NCBI GenBank assembly: GCA_026770705.1
Contig: JANJGN010000038.1
Span: 6,448,001 to 6,512,000 of the forward strand
Source: Isurus oxyrinchus
Taxonomy: Eukaryota
Direction: 5' to 3'
DNA length: 64,000 nt
Within the stretch, counting starts at the first letter, position 1. Each line of letters opens with the position of its first letter. A model generated the notes under the pieces. That model did not search any database. It saw only the letters and a program-made list of their open reading frames with translations, and was not told where the DNA came from. Below are positions 63,152-64,000 of the stretch, in pieces. A program made the translations under genes and the position numbers.

Positions 63152-64000
63152 CCAGACCCGAATATAAAAGAGTGAATATTGTCCCCCAGACCCGAATATA
63201 AAACAGTGAACATTATCCCCCAGGCCCGAATATAAGACAGTGAACATTATCCCCCAGACCCAAATATAAAACAGTGAACATTATCCCCCAGTCCCGAATA
63301 TAAAACAGTGAACATTATCCCCCAGTCCCGAATATAAAACAGTGAACATTATCCCCCAGTCCCGAATATAAAACAGTGAACATTATCCCGCAGACCTGAA
63401 TATAAAACAGTGAACATTATCCCCCAGACATGAATATGAAACAGTGAACATTATCCCCCAGACCCGAATATAAGACAGTGAACATTATCCCCTAGACCCA
63501 AATATAAAACAGTGAACATTATCCCCCAGACCCGAATATAAAACAGTGAACATTATCCCCCAGTCCCGAATATAAAACAGTGAACATTATCCCCCAGACA
63601 TGAATATAAAACAGTGAACGTTATCCCCCAGATGCGAATATAACACAGTGAACATTATCCCCAGACCTGAATATAAAACAGTGAACATTATCCCCCAGAC
63701 CCGAATATAAAATAGTGAACATTATCCCCCAGACCCGAACACAAAACAGTGAACAGTATCCCCCAGACCCGAATATAAAACAGTGAACATTATCCCCAGA
63801 CCTGAATATAAAACAGTGAACATTATCCCCCAGACCCGAATATAAAACAGTGAACATTATCCCACAGGCCCGAATATAAAACAGTGAACATCATCCCCCA
63901 GACATGAATATAAAACAGTGAACATTATCCCCCAGGCCCGAATATAAAACAGTGAACATTATACCCCAGACATGAATATAAAACAGTGAACATTATCCCC
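63152..64000. repeat. 34-bp satellite/minisatellite, about 25 copies, continuing past the window end
   Basis: Unit CCAGACCCGAATATAAAACAGTGAACATTATCCC. Period 34 (e.g. 63301 to 63335). Confidence 0.97.

Noticed and set aside
63152-64000. 34-bp repeats as a CRISPR array
   Set aside because: The units are head-to-tail with no unique spacers, there are no cas genes, and the context is vertebrate.

Overview
Repeat-rich vertebrate genomic DNA, probably a shark or ray. This is inferred from HER1/CR1-type LINE tails, Penelope-like elements and the style of the zinc-finger genes, and is not proven. The window holds a birth-and-death cluster of tandem C2H2 zinc-finger (ZNF) genes with no recognisable KRAB/SCAN/BTB effector domain. 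One ORF with 7 fingers is intact (21880-22506). Five arrays are disrupted, and two relics have lost their arrays. The ZNF units share an NRF1/YY1 promoter-exon 1 cassette, a splice-acceptor module and a 3'UTR. About a dozen decayed tRNA genes (Asn, Lys, Ser, Leu, Glu, Val) lie in the middle of the cluster at 29.4-41.4 kb. Mobile DNA includes: several Penelope-like retroelements (RT + C-terminal GIY-YIG) with inverted pseudo-LTRs and minimal hammerhead ribozyme motifs, where the youngest subfamily has a non-canonical CUGUCGA core; a 380-bp element whose terminal inverted repeats each carry a hammerhead; an endogenous retrovirus remnant (integrase, SU-shortened gamma-type env, 3' LTR); a near-complete CR1 ORF2; many CR1/L2/RTE/SINE fragments; minisatellites; and a 34-bp satellite running off the right edge. 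Most short ORFs in the supplied track are alternative frames or antisense readings of these repeats. Coordinates were read by eye, so element ends are approximate.
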